Shown piece after piece: positions 17,083 through 26,546 of a DNA stretch of 64,000 nt. The notes beneath the pieces were generated by a model. The model saw nothing but the letters and a program-made list of their open reading frames with translations, was not told the DNA's origin and made no database searches. Origin of the DNA: Candidatus Peribacteria bacterium (lineage in GTDB: Bacteria > Patescibacteriota > Gracilibacteria > Peribacterales > Peribacteraceae); the NCBI GenBank assembly GCA_023245765.1, contig JAHFJP010000004.1, forward strand, positions 375 to 64,374. The letters are read 5' to 3'. A program made the translations under genes and the position numbers. Within the stretch, counting starts at the first letter, position 1. Each line of letters starts with the position of its first letter.

Positions 17083-18173
17083 ACGTTAAATCGGAAGTGC
17101 ATCACATCGCCGTCCTGCACGACGTACGTCTTCCCTTCCTGTCGCATCTTCCCCGCTTCTTTGGCTTTCAATTCAGAACCATACTGAACAAAATCCTTGT
17201 ACGAAATTGTCTCTGCGCAGATGAATCCGCGTTCGAAATCCGTATGAATCACGCCTGCTGCCTGTGGTCCGGTCCATCCGATATGGATCGTCCACGCGCG
17301 CACTTCCTCCGGTCCCGCCGTGAAGTACGTGGCGTACCCGAGACGGTGATAGGCGGCGCGAATCAGTCTGTCCAACCCGGAGGATTCGACGCCGAGGTCT
17401 TTCAAAAAGGTCTTCGCTTCGTCCGGAGTCAGGTCCTGCAGATCTTCTTCGATCTTGGCGCTGATGATCACCAGTTCATCGTCAGTCGAAAGCTGAAGGC
17501 GCTTACGGACCTCATCAAGATTGAGCGACTTCATCTGTTCTTCCGATGCATTGGCGGCGAAAATCACCGGCTTGAGTGTCATCAACTGCATGCCTTCCGC
17601 GAGCGGCCGTTCATCTTTGTCGAAGGTGATGGTCGATGCCGGTTTACCCTGTTCCAGAACGGCTTTGATCTTCTCCGCGACGGCCAGTTCCAGTTTTGCT
17701 TCTTTGTTGCCAGTGCGCGCGCCGCCCTGCACCCGATCAATCCGCTTCTTGATTGTGTCCAAATCCGCGAGCGCGAGTTCGGTATCAATCGTCTCCCGGT
17801 CGCGCTTGGGATCAACGCTCCCGTCGACGTGAATGATGTCGCCACCTTCAAAGACGCGGACTACGTGGCAGATGGCATCGACTTCGCGGATGTGGCTCAG
17901 GAATTTATTGCCTAAGCCTTCTCCTGCCGAGGCGCCTTTCACGAGTCCCGCGATATCGACGAACTCGACTGCTGCGGGAATCGTCTTTTTCGGCTTCACC
18001 AGATCGGTGAGAACCTTCAGGCGTTCATCGGGAACTTCGACAATGCCGATGTTCGGATCGATCGTGCAGAAGGGATAGTTGGCCGCCTGTGCGCCTTTAC
18101 TCCGCGTGAGCGCGTTAAACAGCGTGGATTTCCCCACGTTTGGGAGGCCGACGATTCCTATTCTAAGAGGCAT
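17079..18173 (-). CDS. ychF: redox-regulated ATPase YchF
   Basis: [18 protein letters not shown], the [13 protein letters not shown]-motifs, and a C-terminal TGS-like domain. Confidence 0.95.
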   Translation of the reverse strand: MPLRIGIVGLPNVGKSTLFNALTRSKGAQAANYPFCTIDPNIGIVEVPDERLKVLTDLVKPKKTIPAAVEFVDIAGLVKGASAGEGLGNKFLSHIREVDAICHVVRVFEGGDIIHVDGSVDPKRDRETIDTELALADLDTIKKRIDRVQGGARTGNKEAKLELAVAEKIKAVLEQGKPASTITFDKDERPLAEGMQLMTLKPVIFAANASEEQMKSLNLDEVRKRLQLSTDDELVIISAKIEEDLQDLTPDEAKTFLKDLGVESSGLDRLIRAAYHRLGYATYFTAGPEEVRAWTIHIGWTGPQAAGVIHTDFERGFICAETISYKDFVQYGSELKAKEAGKMRQEGKTYVVQDGDVMHFRFNV

Positions 18174-18280
18174 TTTCAGGGGCAGTATGCATCAAGGAAA
18201 AGCCATTTAGAAGCCATAATCTTCAAATGAGCCTGTAATTGACAAAATTAAAGAAAATACTTAAAATAGCAATCCTTTCC

Positions 18281-19381
18281 ATGCGTCTTCGCCTCCTCAC
18301 CTTCGGCGTTCTCGTCCTGTATTCAGCGGCTCTTGTTCCTGTTGCCAGTGCCCAGGATACCGGTAGTCAGCAGATTAGTCGCGTGGAACTCCTCCAGGTG
18401 CTGCTCGACGCGCGAGAGGAGACGAGAGGCAAGGTGGAGAAGACCAAGTCACGACTGTCCAAGCAACCGCTCTTCATCGATGTGGCGCGCGACGAGTGGT
18501 ACGCGCCGTACGCCGAAGTCGCCTTCACGACCCGAGTGACATCGGGATTCCCGGATCGCACCCTCAGGCCGCACGATCCCGTGCCGGTCGAGGAGGCGAT
18601 CACGCTCCTCATGCGCAGTTACCATCAGAGTGGGCTGCGGGTCGAGAGCGATACCGAATGGTTCGCGCCGTTTGTGCGCGGAGCGCTTGCCAAACGTCTC
18701 ATCGCCTCACCACGAACGATGTCGATCGGCCAACCGATCACACGCGCGCAATTCCAAGACATGGTCAGCCGGATGGAGACGGTCACGCGTGATGGACTCG
18801 CCGTTTTCCCCGATCCTGTCCGTGCGCCCCAGCAAGCGGGCAGCGCGGTTGCCACTGGCGCATCGCAGGATATTCCCGTGGGTGGGCCGGTGATTGTCGC
18901 CGCTCCCACGGCCGATCAGAGTGAAATCGAGCAGTATGCGTCCGGACAGAACTTCGCCATCACGATTCCGTCGCTCGGCATTCGCGACATGCAGGTGAGT
19001 CATCCGGAAGATTCTGTGAGCAAAAACGGCTTGCTCGAGCCGCTCAAGAGCGGCGTGGGGCACCTGTTCAGTTACCCCGGCCGCGGTGGAAAGATCATGA
19101 TCTACGGCCACAGCAGCGGCTATGCGTGGGACGTCTCGAAGTTTACGAAAATTTTCACGCAGGTGAACAAGCTTAAGAAGGGCGACAAGGTCTACGTCAC
19201 CTACAACGGGCACCTCTACGCCTATAGCGTCACAGGGCAACAGAAGATCAGACCAGATGACCGCGCTCCGTTTGCCGGCCAGGGCGAAGAGCTGATCCTC
19301 TACACCTGCTGGCCCGTCGGGAGCAACAAGTCGCGGTTGATCATCCGGGCGGAGCCGGTGGAAACTGTCGCCATGCGATAA
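18281..19381 (+). CDS. sortase-family transpeptidase with N-terminal SLH-like repeats
   Basis: Signal peptide MRLRLLTFGVLVLYSAALVPVASA. SLH-like segments (FIDVARDEWYAPYAE...). Sortase core with IYGHSS and LILYTCWP (TLxTC-like) plus a conserved Arg (SRLIIRA). Confidence 0.8.
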   Translation: MRLRLLTFGVLVLYSAALVPVASAQDTGSQQISRVELLQVLLDAREETRGKVEKTKSRLSKQPLFIDVARDEWYAPYAEVAFTTRVTSGFPDRTLRPHDPVPVEEAITLLMRSYHQSGLRVESDTEWFAPFVRGALAKRLIASPRTMSIGQPITRAQFQDMVSRMETVTRDGLAVFPDPVRAPQQAGSAVATGASQDIPVGGPVIVAAPTADQSEIEQYASGQNFAITIPSLGIRDMQVSHPEDSVSKNGLLEPLKSGVGHLFSYPGRGGKIMIYGHSSGYAWDVSKFTKIFTQVNKLKKGDKVYVTYNGHLYAYSVTGQQKIRPDDRAPFAGQGEELILYTCWPVGSNKSRLIIRAEPVETVAMR

Positions 19382-19385
19382 TCCC

Positions 19386-19814
19386 ATGAACGCACCTGAA
19401 GCAGAGCAACGGCTGAGATTGGAGGCGGCGGCTTCTGCGCTGCCGGAACCTTCGCGGGGCTCTGCTCTCGCCACGGGAAAAACGCTGTTGGAGGGAGTTC
19501 GCTGTTCTGGTGAGCAGAAAGAGGCTCTTGCCGAACATGTCGTGCGGCTCTACTCCCCGTCGAGATTTCTGGTGCGTGAAGACAAACTCTTTGATTTTTA
19601 TGATGGGTCGTGGCCCGGGGACTTCACGATCTTCTCCCAAGGCCAGAAGGATATCGCCGTCGCGAACAGCATGTACGTCAGTGGGGATGCGGACAGCCCC
19701 AATCCACTCTGCGTGTTAAAACTCGTGCAGAATGTTGATACGAAACATGTCGATTTGGAAGCGGTCGTGGCGCACATCATCGGAAGCTGGGAATCCCTCT
19801 ACCGTGCGGGCTAG
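19386..19814 (+). CDS. hypothetical protein (142 aa)
   Basis: ORF begins 4 nt after the sortase stop. No family recognised. Confidence 0.5.
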   Translation: MNAPEAEQRLRLEAAASALPEPSRGSALATGKTLLEGVRCSGEQKEALAEHVVRLYSPSRFLVREDKLFDFYDGSWPGDFTIFSQGQKDIAVANSMYVSGDADSPNPLCVLKLVQNVDTKHVDLEAVVAHIIGSWESLYRAG

Positions 19815-19817
19815 GAC

Positions 19818-20003
19818 TTGCTGCTCAAGAATCCCATGAGCTTCAAGATGGGATTCGAACCGGGTCGCTACAACTGGATCCGCGACCGGTTTTTTTCGAG
19901 GCAGCCCATGCCGTCGCCGTTCGGTGAAAGTTCGGACTACGTGACGTACCATGCCGTGAATACCAACCGGAAGCGCGTGAAGGAGTTATGGAGTGAGAGA
20001 TAG
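19818..20003 (+). CDS. small hypothetical protein (61 aa, TTG start)
   Basis: Fills the gap between two ORFs, starting 3 nt after the previous stop and overlapping the next ORF by 11 nt. Weak support. Confidence 0.3.
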   Translation: MLLKNPMSFKMGFEPGRYNWIRDRFFSRQPMPSPFGESSDYVTYHAVNTNRKRVKELWSER

Positions 20004-20823
20004 GACCATTCATGCTTCAATGCAGAATTCATCTTCCACTATCGGCGAAAATTCCATCACCACAGATATTCACATTACCGAAAATCCTGATCCTCCAAAA
20101 ACACTCTACGATGTCGTATCAGGGAACAGCAAAACGGAGGTCTTCATCGTCTTCAAAACCGGTGATGTGGACGTGAAGAGAATCAGCAAGGATACGGTCG
20201 ACTGGAAACACATCTATGCATGCAAGGATGCTCATGTCGGCGCGATGGAAAAACTCATCGGATTTCCTCTCACTGCCGAACAAGCCGATTCGTGGAAGTT
20301 TCCCGACGGACATGTCAGCAAGGCTCAGGGCGACGCCCCGTTTGTCATTTTTCGCGACGCGGAGACCAATGATCCGGCGGTGTTCCTCTGGTTGATGTAT
20401 CGGGATAACGACTCGATGTTCGTGGACGACCGGTTTCCTCTCAAGTGCATGATTCTGAGCATGCAGGGGATCAAAGGGTACGATGCCGCGGCGTTCCGCA
20501 AGGAAAACGGCTGCACACCGCAGGAATGCGCCGTCGATATGCTCATCATGGGCGGCAAAAATTTGTGGAGAGATGGATGGCAACTGGAACTGAGTCCCGG
20601 TGCGTCGTATGCCGGTATGGAGCATCGCCCCGTTTCCTGGATGAAATTTCTCCGTGACCGGTATTTTGCGGATACGCCGATGTTCTGCGGTTCGCTTCGA
20701 TTGATGAGTGCTACGAAGAAGCGCGTGCGGGAAATTTTCAGTCTGGCTGGTTGTGGTCCAGTTCCTCGTACGCCCGTAGGGGCGCAGCATGCTGCGCCCC
20801 TACAAAACGCATCCACACCGTAG
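19993..20823 (+). CDS. hypothetical protein (276 aa)
   Basis: GTG 19993 or ATG 20020. The 3' end reads into the REP-like palindromes. No family recognised. Confidence 0.5.
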   Translation: MRDRTIHASMQNSSSTIGENSITTDIHITENPDPPKTLYDVVSGNSKTEVFIVFKTGDVDVKRISKDTVDWKHIYACKDAHVGAMEKLIGFPLTAEQADSWKFPDGHVSKAQGDAPFVIFRDAETNDPAVFLWLMYRDNDSMFVDDRFPLKCMILSMQGIKGYDAAAFRKENGCTPQECAVDMLIMGGKNLWRDGWQLELSPGASYAGMEHRPVSWMKFLRDRYFADTPMFCGSLRLMSATKKRVREIFSLAGCGPVPRTPVGAQHAAPLQNASTP

Positions 20824-20847
20824 GGGCGTTGCATGCAACGCCCCTAC
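20776..20847. repeat. Two adjacent REP-like palindromes (GTAGGGGCGCAGCATGCTGCGCCCCTAC and variant GTAGGGGCGTTGCATGCAACGCCCCTAC)
   Basis: Perfect 28-nt palindromes at 20776-20803 and 20820-20847. A third copy lies at 28243-28266. Confidence 0.85.
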
Positions 20848-20928
20848 ATCCGCGAAAATGCGTTCACAAAAAATGTCATCCCGGTAGATCGCGCCGGCGG
20901 CGCGAACGTACGAGGAACGCACAAACAA

Positions 20929-23415
20929 CTACGCCCCAATTCTCCGAATAATCTCCCGATCGACGAATTCCTTCGCCCGCCCGTACTTGAGCCGGCTCAG
21001 CTGCTTGAACGCTTCGGCCGCCTGCGGATCCTTCGGGTAGGTCTTATCCGTCCACGGGCGCGGAACGTCGATACTGAAGGGGCGGCTGGGCTGGCCATCG
21101 ACGCTGAGTTTCATCGCGCCCTTGAATGCCTCGACGTTCACCAGATCCTGCTCGGTGAAGACCGGCGCCATTTCCTTGGCGCAGACTTCGGCATCCTGCG
21201 GGCCGATCTTGTAGAACATCATGGTGCCAACGTTGCCGAAGATGGCGCCCTTCAAACTCACATTGCCGCTGAGCTTGCTCTCCTTCTCGAGCTGGTCGAT
21301 GTACTGATGCGCGAGCACAAGCCCGAGGCGGTACTTGCGAGCCTCGGAGAGGATCGATTCGATCGAGGGCGTCACGAAGTTCTGGAATTCATCGATGTAG
21401 AGGAAGAAGTCCCGGCGCGTTTTTGCGTCCTCGCGCTGCCGGCGCATCGCAGCGACCTGGATTTTGTTGACGACCATCAAGCCGAGCAGCGTGGAGTTAA
21501 TATCGCCGATGAGACCTTTACTGAGGTTCATCAACAGAATCTTCCCCGTGTTCATGCAGTCGGCGATATCGAATGCGCTCTTCGTCTGGCCGACGATGTT
21601 GCGGATCAGCGTGTTGGTCGTAAATTGCCCGAACTTGGCCGCGAAGTAGGGGATCATTTCCTGCTTTTCGCGCTGGCCGGTCGCGGCCATCTGCTTTTCC
21701 CAGAAGGAGCGGACGATCGGGTTCTTCACCTTCGCGACCTTGTACTTCATCCACTCATCATCGGTAAAGAGCCGCACGAGATCGGTGATCGCGCCGCCTT
21801 CCTCTTCGTCTTCCATCAGCGTCAAACAGCCGTTACGGAAGTAGTCCTGGATGCGGGGGCCGAAGATCTCCTCACCGAACATTTTCACCATCATGTTCAT
21901 CGCATCGAGCGCAATGAGGTCCCTCTCCTCCGGCGTCTTGCCTTCGAGCAGGTTGAGGCCCAGCGGGCGCTCGGTATCGGCGGGGTTAAAGTAGATCACG
22001 TCGTCGGCACGCGAACGGGGAATGTAAGGGAGCAGGTCCTCGATCAACGATCCGTGCGGATCCACCACGCAGAGGCCTTTTCCCTGGTTGAAGTCCTGGC
22101 GGGCCATTACCTGCATGATCGACGATTTTCCCGTACCCGTTTGTCCGATGATGTAGAAGTGGCGGAAGCGGTCTTCGTTCTTGATGAAGATCTTGCGCTT
22201 CTCGCCGCGGAAGGCGTTGACGCCGAGGAACATGCCTTCATCGGGGATATTCTTGGGGGAGGGAGCGAGCTTGAAGTTCTGCCACTTGATCGTCTCCATC
22301 TTGTTGTACTTGATGTTCGGCAGGTGCCAGAAGCTCGTGAGCTCCGCGGTGCCGAGCAGCATTTTGCGGAATCGCAGCGCCTGGAGAATCGTCCTGCGCG
22401 GGGAGCGGCGAACGAAGCCGGCGACAACGGACCTCGGGAGCATGAACCGCGGGTGATGCCAGTGATTGCCCTGAATGCTGTTGAACTGGCTGAACGAGGC
22501 AATGACTCCTTCGAGCAGCCCCTCGGCACGCGGATGACTTTGCGCGGAGGTGACGACCCGCGCGATGCAGCGGAATCCGGGATTGCCAGCTTTTTCATCC
22601 AGCGCCTTGCTGTACTCCTCCGTCAGCTGCGACACGCGTTCACCTGTCGCCTGGTCTTCCTTCAGATCCATCGGGCTATCCGCACCCGCGAACATATCGA
22701 ACACCGCGCTGGCCCACGAGATGGGATTCCACCACCGCCATCCATTCCTCTTTTTGGGATTGATCAGTCTTTTCGCTTCCTCTTCGACCTTGTGCTGCCA
22801 TCCCTGCTTGACCGGGCGGAGAACGAACTGCACTGCCGCGCCCTCATCGGTCTTCAGTTTCGAGAAGGCGTTCGTGATGGTGTTGAGCGGATCGGTCTTG
22901 AGCTGCTGGTAGGTTTTAAACGACGACGGCCAAGCTTTGATCGGAACAAGGAGGGAGGCGGAAGTCACCGAGTGTTCGGTGAAGATGTCGTAGTCTTCGA
23001 CTTCGTCGACGATCGCGTCGGGGTAAAATGACGTGATCTGCTTTTCGACGAGGTGGGCCAGCGGGCGCGGGCTGACGATGAAGAAGAGGATTTCGCCGGC
23101 AAGAGCCGCGTACTCAACCGAAATGAACGGCTGGCCGTCCATAAAGCGGCGGGGAGTGTGGTCGTAGAGACCGGAGAGGGCCTGGAAGAGGTGGTCGGTG
23201 AGACCCAGCACTTCGCGGAAATCGGTGCCCACGGTGAACTGTTCCGACTGCACTTCCTTGTCTTCCTTGCTTTCCTTCTTTGGCATCTGGATCTGCAGAA
23301 AAACGAGTTCGCGCTCCCGCTGCAGGTCTTTCCTCCAACGCAGCAGCAACAGAACGCCGCCGGTTGCCCCACAGAGGATGAGGATCGTGCCGAGGATCTG
23401 GAAGAAGAACATCAT
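20929..23415 (-). CDS. VirD4/TraG/TraD-like type IV secretion coupling-protein-family ATPase with N-terminal membrane anchor
   Basis: Walker A IIGQTGTGKSS, Walker B FFLYIDEFQNF, then ARKYRLGLVLAHQY. An N-terminal TM helix precedes a domain shared with the partial ORF at 63176-64000. Confidence 0.8.
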   Translation of the reverse strand: MMFFFQILGTILILCGATGGVLLLLRWRKDLQRERELVFLQIQMPKKESKEDKEVQSEQFTVGTDFREVLGLTDHLFQALSGLYDHTPRRFMDGQPFISVEYAALAGEILFFIVSPRPLAHLVEKQITSFYPDAIVDEVEDYDIFTEHSVTSASLLVPIKAWPSSFKTYQQLKTDPLNTITNAFSKLKTDEGAAVQFVLRPVKQGWQHKVEEEAKRLINPKKRNGWRWWNPISWASAVFDMFAGADSPMDLKEDQATGERVSQLTEEYSKALDEKAGNPGFRCIARVVTSAQSHPRAEGLLEGVIASFSQFNSIQGNHWHHPRFMLPRSVVAGFVRRSPRRTILQALRFRKMLLGTAELTSFWHLPNIKYNKMETIKWQNFKLAPSPKNIPDEGMFLGVNAFRGEKRKIFIKNEDRFRHFYIIGQTGTGKSSIMQVMARQDFNQGKGLCVVDPHGSLIEDLLPYIPRSRADDVIYFNPADTERPLGLNLLEGKTPEERDLIALDAMNMMVKMFGEEIFGPRIQDYFRNGCLTLMEDEEEGGAITDLVRLFTDDEWMKYKVAKVKNPIVRSFWEKQMAATGQREKQEMIPYFAAKFGQFTTNTLIRNIVGQTKSAFDIADCMNTGKILLMNLSKGLIGDINSTLLGLMVVNKIQVAAMRRQREDAKTRRDFFLYIDEFQNFVTPSIESILSEARKYRLGLVLAHQYIDQLEKESKLSGNVSLKGAIFGNVGTMMFYKIGPQDAEVCAKEMAPVFTEQDLVNVEAFKGAMKLSVDGQPSRPFSIDVPRPWTDKTYPKDPQAAEAFKQLSRLKYGRAKEFVDREIIRRIGA

Positions 23416-23572
23416 GGAATACTATGCCGTATCGTAGCATTATAGCACAGAAATAGCGTGGTCCTCCATCCTCACCCGGCGTGGTCTTCGGTCCGTTCTC
23501 CGCGGAGCCCTGACCTATGTGTTCGGCAAGCGCGGACAGCGGCGTATATCGGGCTGGCGGCTCTTCTACAAG

Positions 23573-24610
23573 ATGCGTGTGGAGGTGATGATGCGTTCAC
23601 CAAAACCCATCCGTGGCATCTCGCGCTTCAGAACGACCAAGCTCTGGGTGGACACCGAGGCATTCCCCCGCATCAAGAAGCTCATTCGTCGTGCGCGCCA
23701 CACGGTCGTCATTCAGATGTTCATTTGGAAAGACGATGTACTTGGCCGGGAAATGGCCGAGGTCCTCGTGGGAGTCGCAGACAGGGGAGTGCGGGTAGAA
23801 ATCAGCAAAGAAGCGGTGGGAGACATGTTTGAGTTTCAGCAGGACTTCCTGGGGACGCGGGACGGGAGCGACGCGGTGTGGAAACGGTTCTGGAGCCATC
23901 CGAAGATCCGGATCGATCACGAGACCCGCAACGACCACGCCAAGGTGTTCATCATCGACGACCGAATCCTGCTGCTCACCGGCATGAACATCGCAGACGA
24001 GTACCATGCGGACTGGCACGATTATCTGGTAGAGCTGCGGGGGCGGAGATTCGTCGAGCATTATCTGACCGACGGAGATCTTCCCGGTGATGCCGGAGAA
24101 GCGAGACTCGTCCTCAATACCGGGCATCGCAAAGAAATCCGGACGGTTGTCCGGGAACTGTTGCAATCTGCCAAAGACTCCATTGTCGTGGAGCACTGCT
24201 ATCTCGCGGATCCCGCCGTGCTCGAGCTGCTCATCAAGAGGAGCCAGGATGGCGTGCGCGTGGTGATCATCCTTCCAGCCCAGACCGACTTCCACCACTA
24301 CGCCAATATGCAGTCGATTTCACGCCTGCGGACCGCTGGGAAGAGGATCGAAATCTTCCTGTATCCCCGGATGTTCCATGGAAAAATTATCCTGGTAGAC
24401 CGGCGTCGCGCGTTCGTTGGGTCGGCGAATCTCATGACGACATCGCTCGATGACATGGGTGAACTCAACGTGCTGCTCGAAGGACGCTCACACTCGGCTA
24501 TCCGCAAACTGCGCGATGTGCTGCGTGATGACATTCTCAAAAGCACGCCGGTCTCGCGCACGCCGAGATTCGTGTGGCTGTGGAGATGGCTGGCATGGTT
24601 ACAGCTTTAG
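23573..24610 (+). CDS. phospholipase D family protein (cardiolipin-synthase-like, two HKD motifs)
   Basis: HAKVFIIDDRILLLTGMNI and HGKIILVDRRRAFVGSANL. The ORF opens at GTG 23519, so the start is uncertain. Confidence 0.8.
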   Translation: MRVEVMMRSPKPIRGISRFRTTKLWVDTEAFPRIKKLIRRARHTVVIQMFIWKDDVLGREMAEVLVGVADRGVRVEISKEAVGDMFEFQQDFLGTRDGSDAVWKRFWSHPKIRIDHETRNDHAKVFIIDDRILLLTGMNIADEYHADWHDYLVELRGRRFVEHYLTDGDLPGDAGEARLVLNTGHRKEIRTVVRELLQSAKDSIVVEHCYLADPAVLELLIKRSQDGVRVVIILPAQTDFHHYANMQSISRLRTAGKRIEIFLYPRMFHGKIILVDRRRAFVGSANLMTTSLDDMGELNVLLEGRSHSAIRKLRDVLRDDILKSTPVSRTPRFVWLWRWLAWLQL

Positions 24611-24979
24611 CAACCGCTTCACCATTTCCAATAACGTCCGCATCGTCATGTCTTTCTTCACAAAATAGTCGTCCGCTCCCAATTCCATCGCGCGCAATTT
24701 GAATTCTGACTGGTCGAAGTTCGTCAGCATAATCACGGGGAACGTCCGGGTGGCTTTCGGGAATTCCTTGAGCACCTGGAACCCGTCGGCTTTGGGCATG
24801 TGGATATCGAGCAGGAGGATATCGGGCGCCTTTTCCTGGAGCATCCGGATGGCCTGCTCGCCATCTTCTGCCGTACGGACAGCCATGCCTTCCAGCGTGA
24901 ATTTCTTCTCGTAGAGGCTGCGCAGAACCGCATCATCTTCACCGATCAGGATGTCGGGTTTGTTCACTGTAACGGCCAT
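24599..24979 (-). CDS. single-domain response regulator (CheY-like receiver)
   Basis: ILIGEDD...PDILLLDIHMPKADGF...PVIMLTN...K pattern. Overlaps the PLD gene 3' end by 12 nt (convergent). Confidence 0.85.
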   Translation of the reverse strand: MAVTVNKPDILIGEDDAVLRSLYEKKFTLEGMAVRTAEDGEQAIRMLQEKAPDILLLDIHMPKADGFQVLKEFPKATRTFPVIMLTNFDQSEFKLRAMELGADDYFVKKDMTMRTLLEMVKRLLKL

Positions 24980-25036
24980 TATACGGTATTTTGTGGTGGA
25001 AGTACAGCACGTTTTCTGCTATACTTAGAAGATTTC

Positions 25037-26545
25037 ATGACCAAAAACATCCACCGTTCGTCGCTCGCAGTGACAGGGTCGCTGACCCTGCTCCTGGCAA
25101 TCACGTTCGTTCTCCGGGCGGGCAGCGCGTCGGCGGTCGATTGCGTCGGCAAACCCTACGGATATTCGGGCTGTCCCACGCGTCCCGCACAGTCGAGTGC
25201 GGTCTCGTCCGGGGGCATCACTTCCTGCGGCAATGCCATTGTTGATACTGGTGAAGATTGCGATAAGGGGCGCTTCAACGGTAAGACGGAATGCGGCACC
25301 GATTGTAAATTTCTCTACTGTGGTGACGGCATCATTACCCGAGATGCCGGTGAAGAGTGTGAACCGCAGTCGGAGGAGGTCTATGTCGAAGACAAGAACG
25401 GAAACCTGACGACCGAAATCCGGTTCACTGGAACGAGTACATGTGGATGGTTTTGCCAGCCCCCGGTCTGCAACGACAGCGGCAAATGTACAGGTGGTTG
25501 CAAAATGAAGTACGTCGATGACTGTGCCGCGTCGGGGTCTACGCTCGCGCCTGCAGCCCCGGAAAAACCGGTGCCGCCCGTGACGCAGAAGAGCTTCGTT
25601 GCTCCCGTCTGCGGAAACGGCACGATCGAGAGGGACGAAGAATGTGACGACGGTAACCGCAATCCCGTGGATGAATGCGGCAACGACTGTATGCTCCCGG
25701 TCTGCGGCGACGGCACGGTGCAGAAAGGCGAAGAGTGTGACGACGGCAACGACGAGTTCGCCGACGGCTGCACCAGCGACTGCATGCTCCCGGTCTGCGG
25801 GGACGGCATCGTGCAGCTCAAAGAACAGTGCGATGATGCTGACGACAATTCCGACACGATCCCTGATGCCTGCCGCACCACATGTATGGCGCCGCGATGC
25901 GGCGACGGAGTCACAGACAAAGGCGAACAGTGTGATGCCGATGGCGGGAATTCCGATACCGCCCCCAACGGTTGCCGTACGACCTGCCGCCTCGCGTCGT
26001 GTGGGGATGGCGTCAAAGACGCAAACGAGGAATGTGATGATGGCAACAAGAGCGATACCGATACGTGCACCATCACCTGCAAGCGTCCGGTCTGCGGTGA
26101 CGGCATCGTTCAGGCCGGCGAAGAATGTGACTGGGGAACGAAGAACTCGGATACAGCGGGCAACGCCTGCCGCAGCAGCTGCAAGCTCCCGCGCTGCGGC
26201 GATATGGTCACCGATACCGGTGAGCAATGCGATGGCGGCCAAAATTGCACCAAGGAATGCAAGACGCAGGCGGCAGCCTCCAGCCGTCCGGCTACTGCGG
26301 GAACATCGGTAAAGAAACTCGCTGGCAAATCGTCATCCGCACCCAAAGTTGCGGCGGTCACCAAACCCTCAAGCGACTCCGGCATGATCAGCATTCTGCT
26401 GCTCGCAGCAGGAGGGATCGGGTTGCTCGTTGCAGTCTATCTGCTGCGGAGAAAGATCACCGGTCTCTTCTCGGGCAGCAAGAAATCAAAAGATCTGGAT
26501 GATATTCCGCTCGATCAGATCGAGATGCCGTGGCATAAGTGGTAG
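25037..26545 (+). CDS. secreted, membrane-anchored Cys-rich repeat protein (DUF4215 / Myxococcus cysteine-rich repeat type)
   Basis: Signal peptide, at least 7 repeats of CGDG/CGNG-x5-7-EECDDGN...C...C, and a C-terminal TM helix (ISILLLAAGGIGLLVAVYLL). The computed ORF start (24800) overlaps the receiver gene, so ATG 25037 is preferred. Confidence 0.8.
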   Translation: MTKNIHRSSLAVTGSLTLLLAITFVLRAGSASAVDCVGKPYGYSGCPTRPAQSSAVSSGGITSCGNAIVDTGEDCDKGRFNGKTECGTDCKFLYCGDGIITRDAGEECEPQSEEVYVEDKNGNLTTEIRFTGTSTCGWFCQPPVCNDSGKCTGGCKMKYVDDCAASGSTLAPAAPEKPVPPVTQKSFVAPVCGNGTIERDEECDDGNRNPVDECGNDCMLPVCGDGTVQKGEECDDGNDEFADGCTSDCMLPVCGDGIVQLKEQCDDADDNSDTIPDACRTTCMAPRCGDGVTDKGEQCDADGGNSDTAPNGCRTTCRLASCGDGVKDANEECDDGNKSDTDTCTITCKRPVCGDGIVQAGEECDWGTKNSDTAGNACRSSCKLPRCGDMVTDTGEQCDGGQNCTKECKTQAAASSRPATAGTSVKKLAGKSSSAPKVAAVTKPSSDSGMISILLLAAGGIGLLVAVYLLRRKITGLFSGSKKSKDLDDIPLDQIEMPWHKW

Positions 26546-26546
26546 A

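Noticed and set aside
23573-24979. PLD-family protein + receiver domain as a defence or nuclease module
   Set aside because: The two genes are convergent, so they are not an operon. The PLD protein has the two-HKD, ~350-aa layout of cardiolipin-synthase-like enzymes. Nothing in the sequence specifically supports a nuclease or defence role.
24800-25036. Upstream extension of the Cys-rich protein ORF
   Set aside because: It overlaps the response-regulator gene on the other strand. A signal peptide begins right at ATG 25037.
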